Below, one piece after another: positions 1 to 9,224 of a stretch of 64,000 bases of DNA. The translations under genes and the position numbers were made by a program. How positions within the stretch are numbered: the first letter of the stretch is position 1; each line of letters opens with the position of its first letter. This DNA comes from a virus, in the IMG/VR virus record IMGVR_UViG_3300040809_000464, positions 1 through 64,000 of that record; one strand, 5' to 3'. Under the pieces are notes generated by a model, which saw nothing but the letters and a program-made list of their open reading frames with translations, was not told the origin of the DNA and made no database searches.

Positions 1-162
1 CTCACCTCTACTAAGCTCACCCCTCTTAATAGCATTCCTAATAGAACTCTCTCTAGATTCCTTACCAAGAATATCTCTAGCGGCAGCTCTTACAGACATT
101 TCGTTGTTGAGTGCTTCTTGTAGTTGTTGTAATTCTTCATCAGTAAATTTCTGCATACTCAT
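1..162 (-). CDS. Partial hypothetical protein running off the window edge
   Basis: ATG at 162 with purine-rich RBS (GAGAG); open to position 1 (MSMQKFTDEELQQLQEALNNEMSVRAAARDILG...). Confidence 0.55.
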   Translation of the reverse strand, partial: MSMQKFTDEELQQLQEALNNEMSVRAAARDILGKESRESSIRNAIKRGELSRGE

Positions 163-170
163 ACACTCTC

Positions 171-377
171 TTATAGTCTTTTATAGTTACCAGATACATT
201 CCAATGCTTATTAAGGTAAGCACACTTAGTAAGACGCTCTTCAAAGATAACACCTCGTAAGAACTCTGCCTTGACAGATCCTTTAGGATAATCTTCATGG
301 TCTCTGTAATATTGCTGTCCTAGCTTGAATGATGCTTCTTTTGGTGTAAGGTTTGGATCTAAAATAGTTGATGTCAT
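171..377 (-). CDS. Hypothetical protein (68 aa)
   Basis: ORF with GAGGAG RBS, co-oriented with the operon. Confidence 0.6.
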   Translation of the reverse strand: MTSTILDPNLTPKEASFKLGQQYYRDHEDYPKGSVKAEFLRGVIFEERLTKCAYLNKHWNVSGNYKRL

Positions 378-406
378 ACGTTCTCCTCTGACTGGTTTAC
401 TTTCTA

Positions 407-492
407 CTACAGTTTTATGCGCTAAAAAGTGTTACATCTCTACAGTTATATGTACATAAAAGTGTTATCTACATAGGTACATAAAAATGTAA
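407..492. repeat. Degenerate intergenic tandem repeat, about 3 copies
   Basis: CTACAGTTTTATGCGCTAAAAAGTGTTA (407-434), CTACAGTTATATGTACATAAAAGTGTTA (440-467), CTACATAGGTACATAAAAATGTAA (469-492). Confidence 0.7.
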
Positions 493-504
493 CACATTAA
501 ATAT

Positions 505-1221
505 CTAATCAAACAAATGAGCTATTACTCTATCTAAGTCTGGCTCTACAAAGCTTGAAGGTTTAATCACCTTACCATTCTCATTACGGAACACTAAATA
601 AGTTTCATCTTCATAGGTAACAGCTTCATACGTCACTTCCTTAAGGTCTTTCCCTTTAGCTGTATAGATACTCTTGATGTCTTCCATCTCTGTAGCAGCA
701 ATCTCTTCAAGGTCTTCCAGAGGAATCCCTGTAACGTCAATGAACTTAGATAGGTTGCTCTTATGTACTTCTTCTAAGGCTGCGTTATGATCTATATTTA
801 GGTCTATAAGAATGTTTCTTGCATTACATAGTAAGTATATAGGATCAATTCTATCATTAAAACCCCCGCTATACATGTGGATCTGGTTAATATTAAGTTC
901 TAAGGTATAACCTAGTTGGGTACTTCCTAAGTGTAGTCCCTCTAAGAAGTGTTGATAGAATCCAGCTACATAGAAGATATCACAGCATCCATCCACTACC
1001 TCCCTTAAAGATTCTCTCTCTGTAAGTTCATTACCATCTACATCAGTCCCATTGAAAGCACAAACTGTTTCGTTAGCTTCTTCTATGCACAAGTCTTTAT
1101 AGATTTTACGTAAGAAGTCTTTATCTTTTCTAGTGTTACCAGCTATGTGGTTGAACTTCATAACTTGTTCTAGGTGGTGATCCCATAAGTTGATAGTATA
1201 CTTCTCTAGATCATATTTCAT
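505..1221 (-). CDS. MazG-like / PRA-PH-family nucleoside triphosphate pyrophosphohydrolase
   Basis: EEANE, EVVDGCCDIFYV, EVHKSNLSK and C-terminal NGKVIKPSSFVEPDL motifs typical of phage all-alpha NTP-PPases. Confidence 0.8.
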   Translation of the reverse strand: MKYDLEKYTINLWDHHLEQVMKFNHIAGNTRKDKDFLRKIYKDLCIEEANETVCAFNGTDVDGNELTERESLREVVDGCCDIFYVAGFYQHFLEGLHLGSTQLGYTLELNINQIHMYSGGFNDRIDPIYLLCNARNILIDLNIDHNAALEEVHKSNLSKFIDVTGIPLEDLEEIAATEMEDIKSIYTAKGKDLKEVTYEAVTYEDETYLVFRNENGKVIKPSSFVEPDLDRVIAHLFD

Positions 1222-1550
1222 AGTTTACCGTCCTTCTTACATAGATGCTTATGCTGTTCAAACAACACCTCATAGAACTTAGCCTTGTTCAACTCTTGTT
1301 CTACGTTATCCTTGCCACCAGCTCTAAGTTTATACTTCAACTGATTACCTAAGCAGTAACCTAAAAAGGCTTCCTCTGTAAGAGTAGAGGCAATCACTTC
1401 GATAGCTTCTATACCCCCTAAGAGTTGATAATGTGAAGGATTCTTAACGTTATCTGTAAGGTCAAGTTCCTTACTCATAGCTTTAATCGCTTCATCTTGT
1501 AAGGCTGTTATACCCTTCATAGGTCTACCCTCACCATCATAAATATCCAT
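1218..1550 (-). CDS. DUF3310 protein (T7 gp1.7-like nucleotide kinase family)
   Basis: DNVKNPSHY..IEAIEVI..GYCLGNQLKYKLRAG.K..ELNKAKFY signature. Confidence 0.85.
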   Translation of the reverse strand: MDIYDGEGRPMKGITALQDEAIKAMSKELDLTDNVKNPSHYQLLGGIEAIEVIASTLTEEAFLGYCLGNQLKYKLRAGGKDNVEQELNKAKFYEVLFEQHKHLCKKDGKL

Positions 1551-1746
1551 CAGTATTCTCCTCTAAGTCATTCCCGTTAAAGTCTGTGATTATCCAATCT
1601 CTCTTACGTAGCTTCTTAAGAGCTTCTTCTTCAGAACATCTATGCCAAGGACTTCCTTTAACAGTAGTGCAGATGAATTGACTCTTAAGCTCACCCCAGT
1701 AGTAGATATCTGTATCTTCTTTGTATCTAAAGTAGAATGATTTCAT
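1537..1746 (-). CDS. Hypothetical protein
   Basis: ORF in tightly packed operon. Confidence 0.55.
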   Translation of the reverse strand: MKSFYFRYKEDTDIYYWGELKSQFICTTVKGSPWHRCSEEEALKKLRKRDWIITDFNGNDLEENTDGYL

Positions 1747-1749
1747 AGG

Positions 1750-2211
1750 TTATGCTTCAAATGTATCTTGTTTAGGCAATACTTCACCCATGATTGTAGC
1801 ATTCTTATCCGTATCTTCCTCACCATGCTTGTCCATATACTCTTCATCATACTTCTTCATAAATTCTTGATAGGTTGGGATAGCTTTATTATAAACTATA
1901 GCGGATGCCTCTGCTAGTTGTTTTGTGTAGGTTTCATCATTCTCGATAAGATGTGCATGAGTTACTAGATATTTAATTCCTACACGATCTACCAATGCAT
2001 CCCAGAGCCACTGATCATAGTATTCTTCAAAAGAACTAATCCCGAAGATCTTCTCAAATGTGATATTGTCAGGATCATCTTTATCAGGTGGTAATACAGA
2101 AGCTTCCATCTCAAATGCTTCTACCGTCTTTTCGTATGAAGATAGGAACATAGGTTTCAATGTTTCTCTGACTTCATCAATGTTGTAGTTAATTCTAATC
2201 TGTTTTCCCAT
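1750..2211 (-). CDS. Hypothetical acidic protein
   Basis: 153-aa ORF, AAGGA RBS. Confidence 0.65.
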   Translation of the reverse strand: MGKQIRINYNIDEVRETLKPMFLSSYEKTVEAFEMEASVLPPDKDDPDNITFEKIFGISSFEEYYDQWLWDALVDRVGIKYLVTHAHLIENDETYTKQLAEASAIVYNKAIPTYQEFMKKYDEEYMDKHGEEDTDKNATIMGEVLPKQDTFEA

Positions 2212-2227
2212 TTAGGTATCCTTCTTA

Positions 2228-2500
2228 TTATTTATGTTTGGCTGTACGGTAATCGTGAAACTGTTGTTGCTCGTCTGTTGACCATTTAGACCAACTCCAG
2301 AGGTCTTGTGTTTGCTTATACTGCGAGTCCTTTTCGAAATAATCTAAAGTCCAGCTTAATTGAGCATCCCAAGGAGTGTAATTACTTTTCACATGGTTCC
2401 AATCTGAATGAGTAAACTGTAACACGGTATCTTCTTTTACTTTTGCTGGTCTATTCTGTATCATAATAATACCCCCAGCTTTAACTTTTATTTCGTACAT
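2228..2500 (-). CDS. Hypothetical protein
   Basis: Likely start ATG 2500 (MYEIKV) behind AGGAG. Confidence 0.6.
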   Translation of the reverse strand: MYEIKVKAGGIIMIQNRPAKVKEDTVLQFTHSDWNHVKSNYTPWDAQLSWTLDYFEKDSQYKQTQDLWSWSKWSTDEQQQFHDYRTAKHK

Positions 2501-2510
2501 GTTATCTCCT

Positions 2511-2888
2511 CTACTTTCGAGCAGTCTCTGTAACTTCTTCTGAGAACAACTCATACAGTTTTATCTTAGTATCTTCTTTGGTATCACCTACCACTTCAAC
2601 AGAGGTCGCTAGATCTCCTATGTGTAATGCTAAGTTTACTTCTTCACTTTCTGTCTCAGTAATATGTTTGATGTTTTGTTTCAAGTATAGTCTACCTTTA
2701 GGCGTACTCCTAAGAGTTGCAATAGAAGTACACCCTTTAGGGTATGTTATACTCTTTACATACTCCTGAGTGAGAGCGTCTTCTAAAACTTCAGTATACT
2801 CTAACTCACTGCATCTCATCAAGAAGTTATCTGAAAGTTTAAATTGAGATAAGAACATGCACATATTCACTGTTTGCAAGTCACTCAT
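2511..2888 (-). CDS. Hypothetical protein
   Basis: 125-aa ORF, GAGGT RBS. Confidence 0.6.
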   Translation of the reverse strand: MSDLQTVNMCMFLSQFKLSDNFLMRCSELEYTEVLEDALTQEYVKSITYPKGCTSIATLRSTPKGRLYLKQNIKHITETESEEVNLALHIGDLATSVEVVGDTKEDTKIKLYELFSEEVTETARK

Positions 2889-2906
2889 ACCTACCTCTAA
2901 GTTAAA

Positions 2907-2928
2907 TAGGAGACCGTTAAGCCTCCTA
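2907..2928 (-). terminator. Possible intrinsic terminator or hairpin
   Basis: TAGGAG...CTCCTA stem followed by TTT on the minus strand. Confidence 0.4.
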
Positions 2929-3049
2929 AATAAGATTATTCTAACAAGTACATCAAAAGGAATTAAAACTATTAGGTTCCTACTCTTAAAGTATTATCTC
3001 TTTAAGTTTTAATCCTTTTATGTAAAGCGTTATAAGACTAACATACAAA

Positions 3050-3505
3050 TTAACTAATGTCAAACATCTTTTTAGCCTTATTCAGAATCGTCTTAGGCTT
3101 ATGTTTAGGATTACCTTCAAAGCCAAACTGAGACAGATACTCTACCAAGTCTCCACTCTCTTCAATTGACGCTGCATAGTCCCAATCTGGTGAAGCAACT
3201 GTTGAAGCTACACCCCCTCCATCGTCTTCTTCCTCCACAGTTCCTTCTGTCTCAGGTAGTGCTTCAACGACCTCTGGCGTATCTTCTGTTTGATTCTCTT
3301 CAATCGGTTTTTCATAAGTGTCCTCTTCTGGTGTCACCTCTTCTGGTGTTGGTACGTCTGAGGTGTCTGTATAGGTAATCTCCACTACAGAGTTAGCTTC
3401 ATAGATAGAATAACCTACGTCTGGGTTCTCCCATAACGTAGCCACTACATCATTGATAGCATCACCAACTTTAGTCGGACCTTTAAACTGTTTACGCTTC
3501 TGCAT
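3050..3505 (-). CDS. Hypothetical highly acidic protein
   Basis: Likely start ATG 3505 (MQKRKQ) behind GGAG; E/D/T/P-rich linker. Confidence 0.65.
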   Translation of the reverse strand: MQKRKQFKGPTKVGDAINDVVATLWENPDVGYSIYEANSVVEITYTDTSDVPTPEEVTPEEDTYEKPIEENQTEDTPEVVEALPETEGTVEEEDDGGGVASTVASPDWDYAASIEESGDLVEYLSQFGFEGNPKHKPKTILNKAKKMFDIS

Positions 3506-4214
3506 TATCTTCTCCTTGTGTTTCTTGTGAGTCTTCTTTAATTGTGATTGTAACATCTTCTGCTTGACCATCCACTATCAGTGTCACCTCTTCATCTTTC
3601 TTTGTAGAGGTTTTCTTACCAGTAGATTTCTTCTTAGCGTTAGTCTGTTTACGTTCCTCTGAGGCAGCTTTCTTCTCAGCTTCATGTTCCTCTACCAACT
3701 TAGCAGCATCTTCCCGCATACGATCTGTAGGTTCTTCAAACTCTTTAAGGTACATATTAGGATAAGCCTCTACCATAGCATCTCGTACAGTCATCATATA
3801 ATCACTTACCTTAAGAGTCGAACTATCTGGAAGTTTGAAACCTCCTAGGTTGTACTGTGATAGTGCGTCCATTACTTGCTTGATGTTACGTCGGCTGTTC
3901 TTAATCTCTTTATCCCAATGACCCCAGTCAACCTCTTGAGGGAGGACCACTATACGGTAATCTCTTAGGTTAATCTTAGCAGTGACCAATCCAGCTTCCT
4001 TCTTAGCTTTCTCAAAGGCTTGCTCTCGTAGGAATTCGATATCTTTCGGGTCAAACATCAAACCAGTTAAGTAGTTCCCTGACTGAGAGAAGCATTTATG
4101 ATTTGAAGCTGGGAAGCGTTGTAATCCTTGTTTAGTGTAATGATCGTACCAGTCCAGAGCTGTATTAGTATCCCCTGAGATTTTTCTGAATACGATAATC
4201 TTTCTAGTTGCCAT
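3492..4214 (-). CDS. Hypothetical protein with charged C-terminal tail
   Basis: 240-aa ORF, GAGG RBS. Confidence 0.7.
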   Translation of the reverse strand: MATRKIIVFRKISGDTNTALDWYDHYTKQGLQRFPASNHKCFSQSGNYLTGLMFDPKDIEFLREQAFEKAKKEAGLVTAKINLRDYRIVVLPQEVDWGHWDKEIKNSRRNIKQVMDALSQYNLGGFKLPDSSTLKVSDYMMTVRDAMVEAYPNMYLKEFEEPTDRMREDAAKLVEEHEAEKKAASEERKQTNAKKKSTGKKTSTKKDEEVTLIVDGQAEDVTITIKEDSQETQGEDNAEA

Positions 4215-4491
4215 TAAATGTTTCCTCTATGAATTTTAATGTGTTTAGTGCTTTGGTTAATGTTTTCTTACAATCATCTAGTATATCGGAGTCGCCAACA
4301 ATATCATCTGGGTCTGTATTGCAGACATCCCCTAGAGAGTCTTGCATGTTGCATACCAGTAGGTTTACATCAAGAATGCTTATAAGTTGTTCTACTTTAG
4401 CGTCCTTCTCGTGTAGCTGTTTCTCAAGATCCTTAATAGTTTTGTTAGCTATCTCAAGTTTCTTATCTTCTTTAGTATCAGCCATCTTCAC
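4204..4491 (-). CDS. Hypothetical coiled-coil protein
   Basis: Heptad-like N-terminus; overlaps neighbours as in an operon. Confidence 0.6.
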   Translation of the reverse strand: MKMADTKEDKKLEIANKTIKDLEKQLHEKDAKVEQLISILDVNLLVCNMQDSLGDVCNTDPDDIVGDSDILDDCKKTLTKALNTLKFIEETFNGN

Positions 4492-4942
4492 TCCATTCTT
4501 CTAATGTAACACCATTGAGGTGGTTATGTCGTAGGTCTCTGTTAGTTGTCTTCGTAGTCTTGTGCAAGCCTTCAAGCTCGTTACGTAAATACTTATCTGT
4601 TTCTTTGACAAGCATATACTCCACAGTTTTTATTCCATGTAGGTCTAAGTAAGATTGATCTGCAAAGCCATATACTAGGTGTGTATCTACTACTTTGTTC
4701 TCTAGGTTACGATACTTGTAAGCTTCCTTAGTAACAAGGTAAGGTAGCTCTGTATCGAAGCCTAGATATTTCATAGCTGCTTTGAGTGCTTCTACTTGGT
4801 TCTCTTCTACGTTTACATCATAACCTTGACTCTGTAAGTATCTAGCTTGAGAGATAAGATCTGTTAGGGCTATCTTCCAATTGTAGTCTGCGGTGACTAG
4901 TGGATCAACTTCTTTGTTGTATACCTTTTTGGTTTCTGTCAT
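4478..4942 (-). CDS. Hypothetical protein
   Basis: 154-aa ORF, GAGGT RBS. Confidence 0.65.
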   Translation of the reverse strand: MTETKKVYNKEVDPLVTADYNWKIALTDLISQARYLQSQGYDVNVEENQVEALKAAMKYLGFDTELPYLVTKEAYKYRNLENKVVDTHLVYGFADQSYLDLHGIKTVEYMLVKETDKYLRNELEGLHKTTKTTNRDLRHNHLNGVTLEEWSEDG

Positions 4943-4956
4943 ACTACCTCTCTTTA

Positions 4957-5190
4957 CTATTCTAAGGTTTTCATCACTTCAATGTAAGCATCCATAACCC
5001 CGATAACCTTACTTAATTGCACTACCTGTTGATCTTCCTCTGAATAGGTATCAACTACGCTGTCCATACTTTCTAGTACATCTTTTGCTATCTTCTCTGC
5101 AAGAGCTACAGCTTCAGCTCCTTTGTTTTCAGAGATTAAACCAATCAGTAGATACTTTACTAATTTTATTTGTTCTATTTCTTCATTCAT
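4957..5190 (-). CDS. Hypothetical protein
   Basis: 77-aa ORF with RBS. Confidence 0.6.
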   Translation of the reverse strand: MNEEIEQIKLVKYLLIGLISENKGAEAVALAEKIAKDVLESMDSVVDTYSEEDQQVVQLSKVIGVMDAYIEVMKTLE

Positions 5191-5203
5191 TGTGGTTCCC
5201 CTC

Positions 5204-5515
5204 TTATTCGTAATATGTTACAGTTTCTACACGTTCTTTCTTTTCCACTATCCAGAAGTCTTCATCTAGGTCATACTCTAAGTCCATATCCTCCATACAA
5301 GCATCACCTGTAATAATGTATTTATAGAATTTAATATAAGTGTCATTTAATTTGTGTACACACTCCTGTCTGTTATACCAACGATGTACATCCATATCCG
5401 AATCTGCCCATACCTCTTCTCCATCATCTAAGATTGTTTCTATAAGGTCACAATCCCTAATTTCATAATCTTTCTCAATATTGTACTGTGTAAGTAGTCC
5501 TCTTAGTTCACTCAT
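5204..5515 (-). CDS. Hypothetical acidic protein
   Basis: 103-aa ORF with RBS. Confidence 0.65.
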   Translation of the reverse strand: MSELRGLLTQYNIEKDYEIRDCDLIETILDDGEEVWADSDMDVHRWYNRQECVHKLNDTYIKFYKYIITGDACMEDMDLEYDLDEDFWIVEKKERVETVTYYE

Positions 5516-5526
5516 CCTACCTTCTC

Positions 5527-5787
5527 CTAAAAATCACTACCAGAACTGCTGCTACTTCCACTATCATATGAACTTGAACTACTACTGTAGGAGCTACCAC
5601 TGTCATAAGATGATGAAGAATAACTACTTGAGCTGCTACTAGAATCAGAAATCCATCCTCCTGCTAAGGCTTCTACTTCAACTGTATCTGAGTAGGTTAG
5701 GTTTGTTAAGTATACCCATGTGTTAGTATGTGAATCGAAAGCTTGTTTGCGACCATTGTATTTACGTTTCTTTGTATATCGTGCCAT
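5527..5787 (-). CDS. Small protein with Ser-rich low-complexity C-terminus
   Basis: SSSSSSYDSGSS repeats; AGGAG RBS; directly downstream of a sigma70 promoter. Confidence 0.65.
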   Translation of the reverse strand: MARYTKKRKYNGRKQAFDSHTNTWVYLTNLTYSDTVEVEALAGGWISDSSSSSSSYSSSSYDSGSSYSSSSSSYDSGSSSSSGSDF

Positions 5788-5822
5788 TGTAGTTCTCCTG
5801 TGTTTCCTAATTCGGAAGGTGT

Positions 5823-5851
5823 ATTAAACCATAAAATGTGTTGTTTGTCAA
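5823..5851 (-). promoter_or_regulatory. Sigma70-type promoter
   Basis: TTGACA-17 bp-TTTAAT on the minus strand. Confidence 0.65.
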
Positions 5852-5872
5852 GGGTTAATTTAGATTAAGACC

Positions 5873-6295
5873 TCAAAGTAAATAGCCTACCAGAAGACCA
5901 GCAAGAAAAGTTATAGGTAAACTTTTATAGACTATCTTTATCAGGTCTTTCTTATGAAGCTCAATATTAACCTTTAGTCTGCTTTCTAATCTCTCTACAG
6001 TACCTTTACTTATTATATCTACATTATCACTTACTTTGTTATATAACTCATCAAATATATCAAACCTTTTTCCATATCGCCAAGGTTGATAACTAAGGTC
6101 TAAATTTTCTATAATGTCGTCTAAAGGTCTATCTTTTAACCACATAAGATTAACTATATCATCTCTTCTCTTGTCCCTTTCTTTGGTCAACTCTTCTATC
6201 TCTTCTTTCAAATCTAATTTCTTATTAACACTTAGATTATAAGAATTCTTATGCATAATACTTTCTACACGGTTACTCATTAATATTCTCCTCAT
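5873..6295 (-). CDS. Hypothetical protein with C-terminal membrane anchor
   Basis: Ends LPITFLAGLLVGYLL. Confidence 0.6.
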   Translation of the reverse strand: MRRILMSNRVESIMHKNSYNLSVNKKLDLKEEIEELTKERDKRRDDIVNLMWLKDRPLDDIIENLDLSYQPWRYGKRFDIFDELYNKVSDNVDIISKGTVERLESRLKVNIELHKKDLIKIVYKSLPITFLAGLLVGYLL

Positions 6296-6839
6296 TCAAT
6301 AACCATTCAACTATTTGTTTACGTCTCTTAGTGGCATTACTCTCAGGAACTATCCCTCTATGTTCCAACCACTTCTTATCTATCTTCTGCTTCTGAATCT
6401 GTATAGCTTTCTTCTCAGCAACAGCCTCTTCAAAGGTAATCCCCATACGTTCTGCATAGGACTTAATCTTATGAGCTTCCTTCTTAACAAGAGCCATATT
6501 ATCAGGTGGTGGGATAAGATGCAAGACAAATTTTAGAATATCTTCAACGGATGTTAGTGATACATTCCCTTCTATGTGGTCCACCTCTAGTTTGCTCTTA
6601 CCTTCCCATTCACCTGTCAAGTAGCAATACTGCCCAGACTTAGCTCTACCAGTGTAATCTTCTGGGGGTTTGCTACAGGACTTATTCTTGAAGTCTAGTT
6701 TGATAGAACTCTTTTCCCAAAGACCCCTTCGAAGCCCTCCACGTAACCATGTCCAGAATTTAGCCTCTGTAGGGAATAGATGCGGATACCACTTCCATGG
6801 GGCAAACTCTGTAGTTTGATCTTTAGTTTCTTTCTTCAT
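6273..6839 (-). CDS. Putative HNH-like endonuclease near the exonuclease
   Basis: WLRGGLRR..CYLTG..LEVDH..HKIKS pattern (degenerate Zn ligands, VDH catalytic motif). Confidence 0.6.
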   Translation of the reverse strand: MKKETKDQTTEFAPWKWYPHLFPTEAKFWTWLRGGLRRGLWEKSSIKLDFKNKSCSKPPEDYTGRAKSGQYCYLTGEWEGKSKLEVDHIEGNVSLTSVEDILKFVLHLIPPPDNMALVKKEAHKIKSYAERMGITFEEAVAEKKAIQIQKQKIDKKWLEHRGIVPESNATKRRKQIVEWLLNEENINE

Positions 6840-7309
6840 AGGTTCTCCTCTTCAGTGATTATTTCGTAAAAACCTTTTCTGATATGTATATAATATTCAG
6901 GTAGGTGTAAAGAACCAACCTCATCAATGTCGTCTTCTCTAACGGTAATGATTTTATCTCCACACTCTACAATAGCTCTAAGAGTAAGTGTGTAACGGTA
7001 CAACCCTTGACGGCTTTGCACTTCCAACTTCGGTCTCTCTTTAGGTATACCTTCTAGCAATAATTCTTTCAGTAATCTAACTCTTACAGTGTTGTTATTG
7101 ATAAGCTTAATCTTGAAGAAGTCTGACATTCTGTCTACATTTATTCCTAGACTTTCTAAGTGATCTCCTTCTGCTTTGTTAGCCAACATATACTTAACTT
7201 TATCATCACACCCTTTTATGAAATATTGTTGGTCTAACTTGTCGAATACCTCTTTAGGTACATCGACAGCAGTATAGTACCCACCTTTCTCTGTATACAT
7301 CTCATACAT
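6836..7309 (-). CDS. Hypothetical protein
   Basis: 157-aa ORF, GAGG RBS. Confidence 0.6.
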   Translation of the reverse strand: MYEMYTEKGGYYTAVDVPKEVFDKLDQQYFIKGCDDKVKYMLANKAEGDHLESLGINVDRMSDFFKIKLINNNTVRVRLLKELLLEGIPKERPKLEVQSRQGLYRYTLTLRAIVECGDKIITVREDDIDEVGSLHLPEYYIHIRKGFYEIITEEENL

Positions 7310-7311
7310 AG

Positions 7312-7668
7312 TTAATTATCCTCTTCAGTTATATTCTTATGCAGTACCAACAATAACCCCAGTATATCAGTGATCTTCTTAATAAGGTATTTTGCAAGGC
7401 ACTCTTTATCATTACCTAAGAGATTACCAACCTCTACATATCTTCTATCGTCACTTTCGCTGTTCCATATTTCATTACCTAAGAAGTGGATGCTAATGCT
7501 TTCTTCATAAATACCTTTGTGAGTTTTCATCCTAAAGATGTTATATAAACCAGTATCCTCAAACTGCCTATGTAACGTATCAATAGTTTCAAATAGGGTG
7601 TGCGTTACATAGTCAAAGCATTCGGTAATCTCTTCTTTAGTTAAATCTGCATTGGTAAAACTCTTCAT
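7312..7668 (-). CDS. Hypothetical protein bracketed by 22-bp direct repeats
   Basis: 118-aa ORF, GAGGAG RBS. Confidence 0.6.
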   Translation of the reverse strand: MKSFTNADLTKEEITECFDYVTHTLFETIDTLHRQFEDTGLYNIFRMKTHKGIYEESISIHFLGNEIWNSESDDRRYVEVGNLLGNDKECLAKYLIKKITDILGLLLVLHKNITEEDN

Positions 7669-7699
7669 CTTTACTTCTCCTCTTCAGTTATATTCTTAT
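7319..7699. repeat. 22-bp exact direct repeat at gene junctions
   Basis: TCCTCTTCAGTTATATTCTTAT at 7319-7340 and 7678-7699; 11-bp partial copy at 6846-6856. Confidence 0.9.
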
Positions 7700-8981
7700 T
7701 AGGTTCATCTACATCAGGTTCCTCTACGTTTGGATTGGTCTTGTAGGGGACTCCTAGGCTGTCTAATATATCGGTAAACACAGGAATCTTATCTCTTTCT
7801 CTTAACATCGCTACCATTACATACATCTGATTTAACCACTCGTATGTTGTCATAGTGATCTCCTTCCCAGACCAGCTTGTAAACTTAACCTCATTATCAG
7901 GGAACCATCTATAATATTGTGCTACTATAACCTCACACATCTCTTTTAAAGATTTACAACCCTTAAGTAAATTGTATGCAGATTTATCCCCAAAAGAGAT
8001 ACCTAAGTATTTTGTGGGAGAATAGGTGTCACAAGAGTCACCTGCAAGGATCTGGAAGCCCTTGAAGAGATATCCATATCCCTTTACAGAGCCTTTTTTG
8101 TTAAGGTATAATTCCCCTAGACCTGTAATTAGGTAAGGATGCGGATGTTTCCAGTTACCAGAATTATCTTTCATAAAATTGAATATCAACCCTTCATGCG
8201 ACATAGAGTCTTTATCTATTGATATACCTATATACTTGTGAGTGCCATATCTCTTGTAATGCTTATGTGATTCATACATATAGATGTTTAGAGCATCGTC
8301 CGCTTCGATCCCCGTAATTCTTTCAGATTCATCTTTCTTTAGCACGTAATCCCTAACCGCTCCCAATTGCGGTGGTCTCTTAGCCACCCTAGAGCCTTTA
8401 TAGCGACCCATTTCAGGAGAGTCTTTATGGCGAGGGTTTAGAGGCATCTCAAGTTTATGTCTGTGGCAATCTGTAGTACCAACCAAGATCACCGCTTCCT
8501 GTACACCTAGATAGTCTTTAACCTCTTGGATTTTCCTATTAAAGTTTCCATATGCAAAGTGAATCTCATTAGGTATCAACTCTTCATCAAACTCGAAATC
8601 TTCAACCTTATAGGGTTCTTTACCTTCAGATTCTCTTTGTAAGTTATGCTCTCCAAGCCAACCCTCTATAGTTTTCTTCTTACGACCTTTGAACTCCGTG
8701 ATGTTCTTAAAACGTTCGTTGATAAATTTACCTGTACTACGTTTCTCGTAAATAGGTTTCTCATCACCGTTATAGAAAGCACCAAGTACAGAACTATTAG
8801 TACAGACAGTTTCAAATTGCTCAACGTTTTCTGCTTTAAAGAACTCCTTTCCAGTCTCTTTTAAGAATACTTTAAATACTTTTGTGGTGTTAGCACTCGC
8901 AGATGTATAGATGAACGTGTCAGCATCTATAATAAGTTTAACATCATCTGTGACGATATCCCGCCAGTTTTTACATATCAT
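7671..8981 (-). CDS. 5'-3' exonuclease (T7 gp6 / PIN-FEN-like)
   Basis: IIDADT, YKGSR, EADDAL, IDKD, GDSCDTY catalytic motifs. Confidence 0.88.
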   Translation of the reverse strand: MICKNWRDIVTDDVKLIIDADTFIYTSASANTTKVFKVFLKETGKEFFKAENVEQFETVCTNSSVLGAFYNGDEKPIYEKRSTGKFINERFKNITEFKGRKKKTIEGWLGEHNLQRESEGKEPYKVEDFEFDEELIPNEIHFAYGNFNRKIQEVKDYLGVQEAVILVGTTDCHRHKLEMPLNPRHKDSPEMGRYKGSRVAKRPPQLGAVRDYVLKKDESERITGIEADDALNIYMYESHKHYKRYGTHKYIGISIDKDSMSHEGLIFNFMKDNSGNWKHPHPYLITGLGELYLNKKGSVKGYGYLFKGFQILAGDSCDTYSPTKYLGISFGDKSAYNLLKGCKSLKEMCEVIVAQYYRWFPDNEVKFTSWSGKEITMTTYEWLNQMYVMVAMLRERDKIPVFTDILDSLGVPYKTNPNVEEPDVDEPNKNITEEEK

Positions 8982-8990
8982 CGTTAGCCT

Positions 8991-9224
8991 CTATCTATTT
9001 TTGTTTAGTAATATCTTACCAGATTTTATTCTACTAAGATCCTGCCATGAAGTTTCCCCTGTAGTTAGTAATTTAACCAAGACTTTATTAAAAGTTATAT
9101 ATCTAAGGATCTTCACATAACCATCTTTGGTCTTATATACACGACCTTCGTAGAATCTTTTATTTCTCTTCCGTCTAAGTTTAAAATTATAAACTACTTC
9201 TTTATTGTACCTCTTATAATTCAT
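8991..9224 (-). CDS. Small basic protein resembling the N-terminal repeat domain of phage HNH/AP2 homing endonucleases
   Basis: GRVYKTKDG.VKILRY...VLVK..TG......IKSG pattern; no nuclease domain. Confidence 0.45.
   Translation of the reverse strand: MNYKRYNKEVVYNFKLRRKRNKRFYEGRVYKTKDGYVKILRYITFNKVLVKLLTTGETSWQDLSRIKSGKILLNKNR

Noticed and set aside
407-492. Possible mini CRISPR array
   Set aside because: Units are degenerate with no unique spacers of CRISPR length; no cas genes in the window
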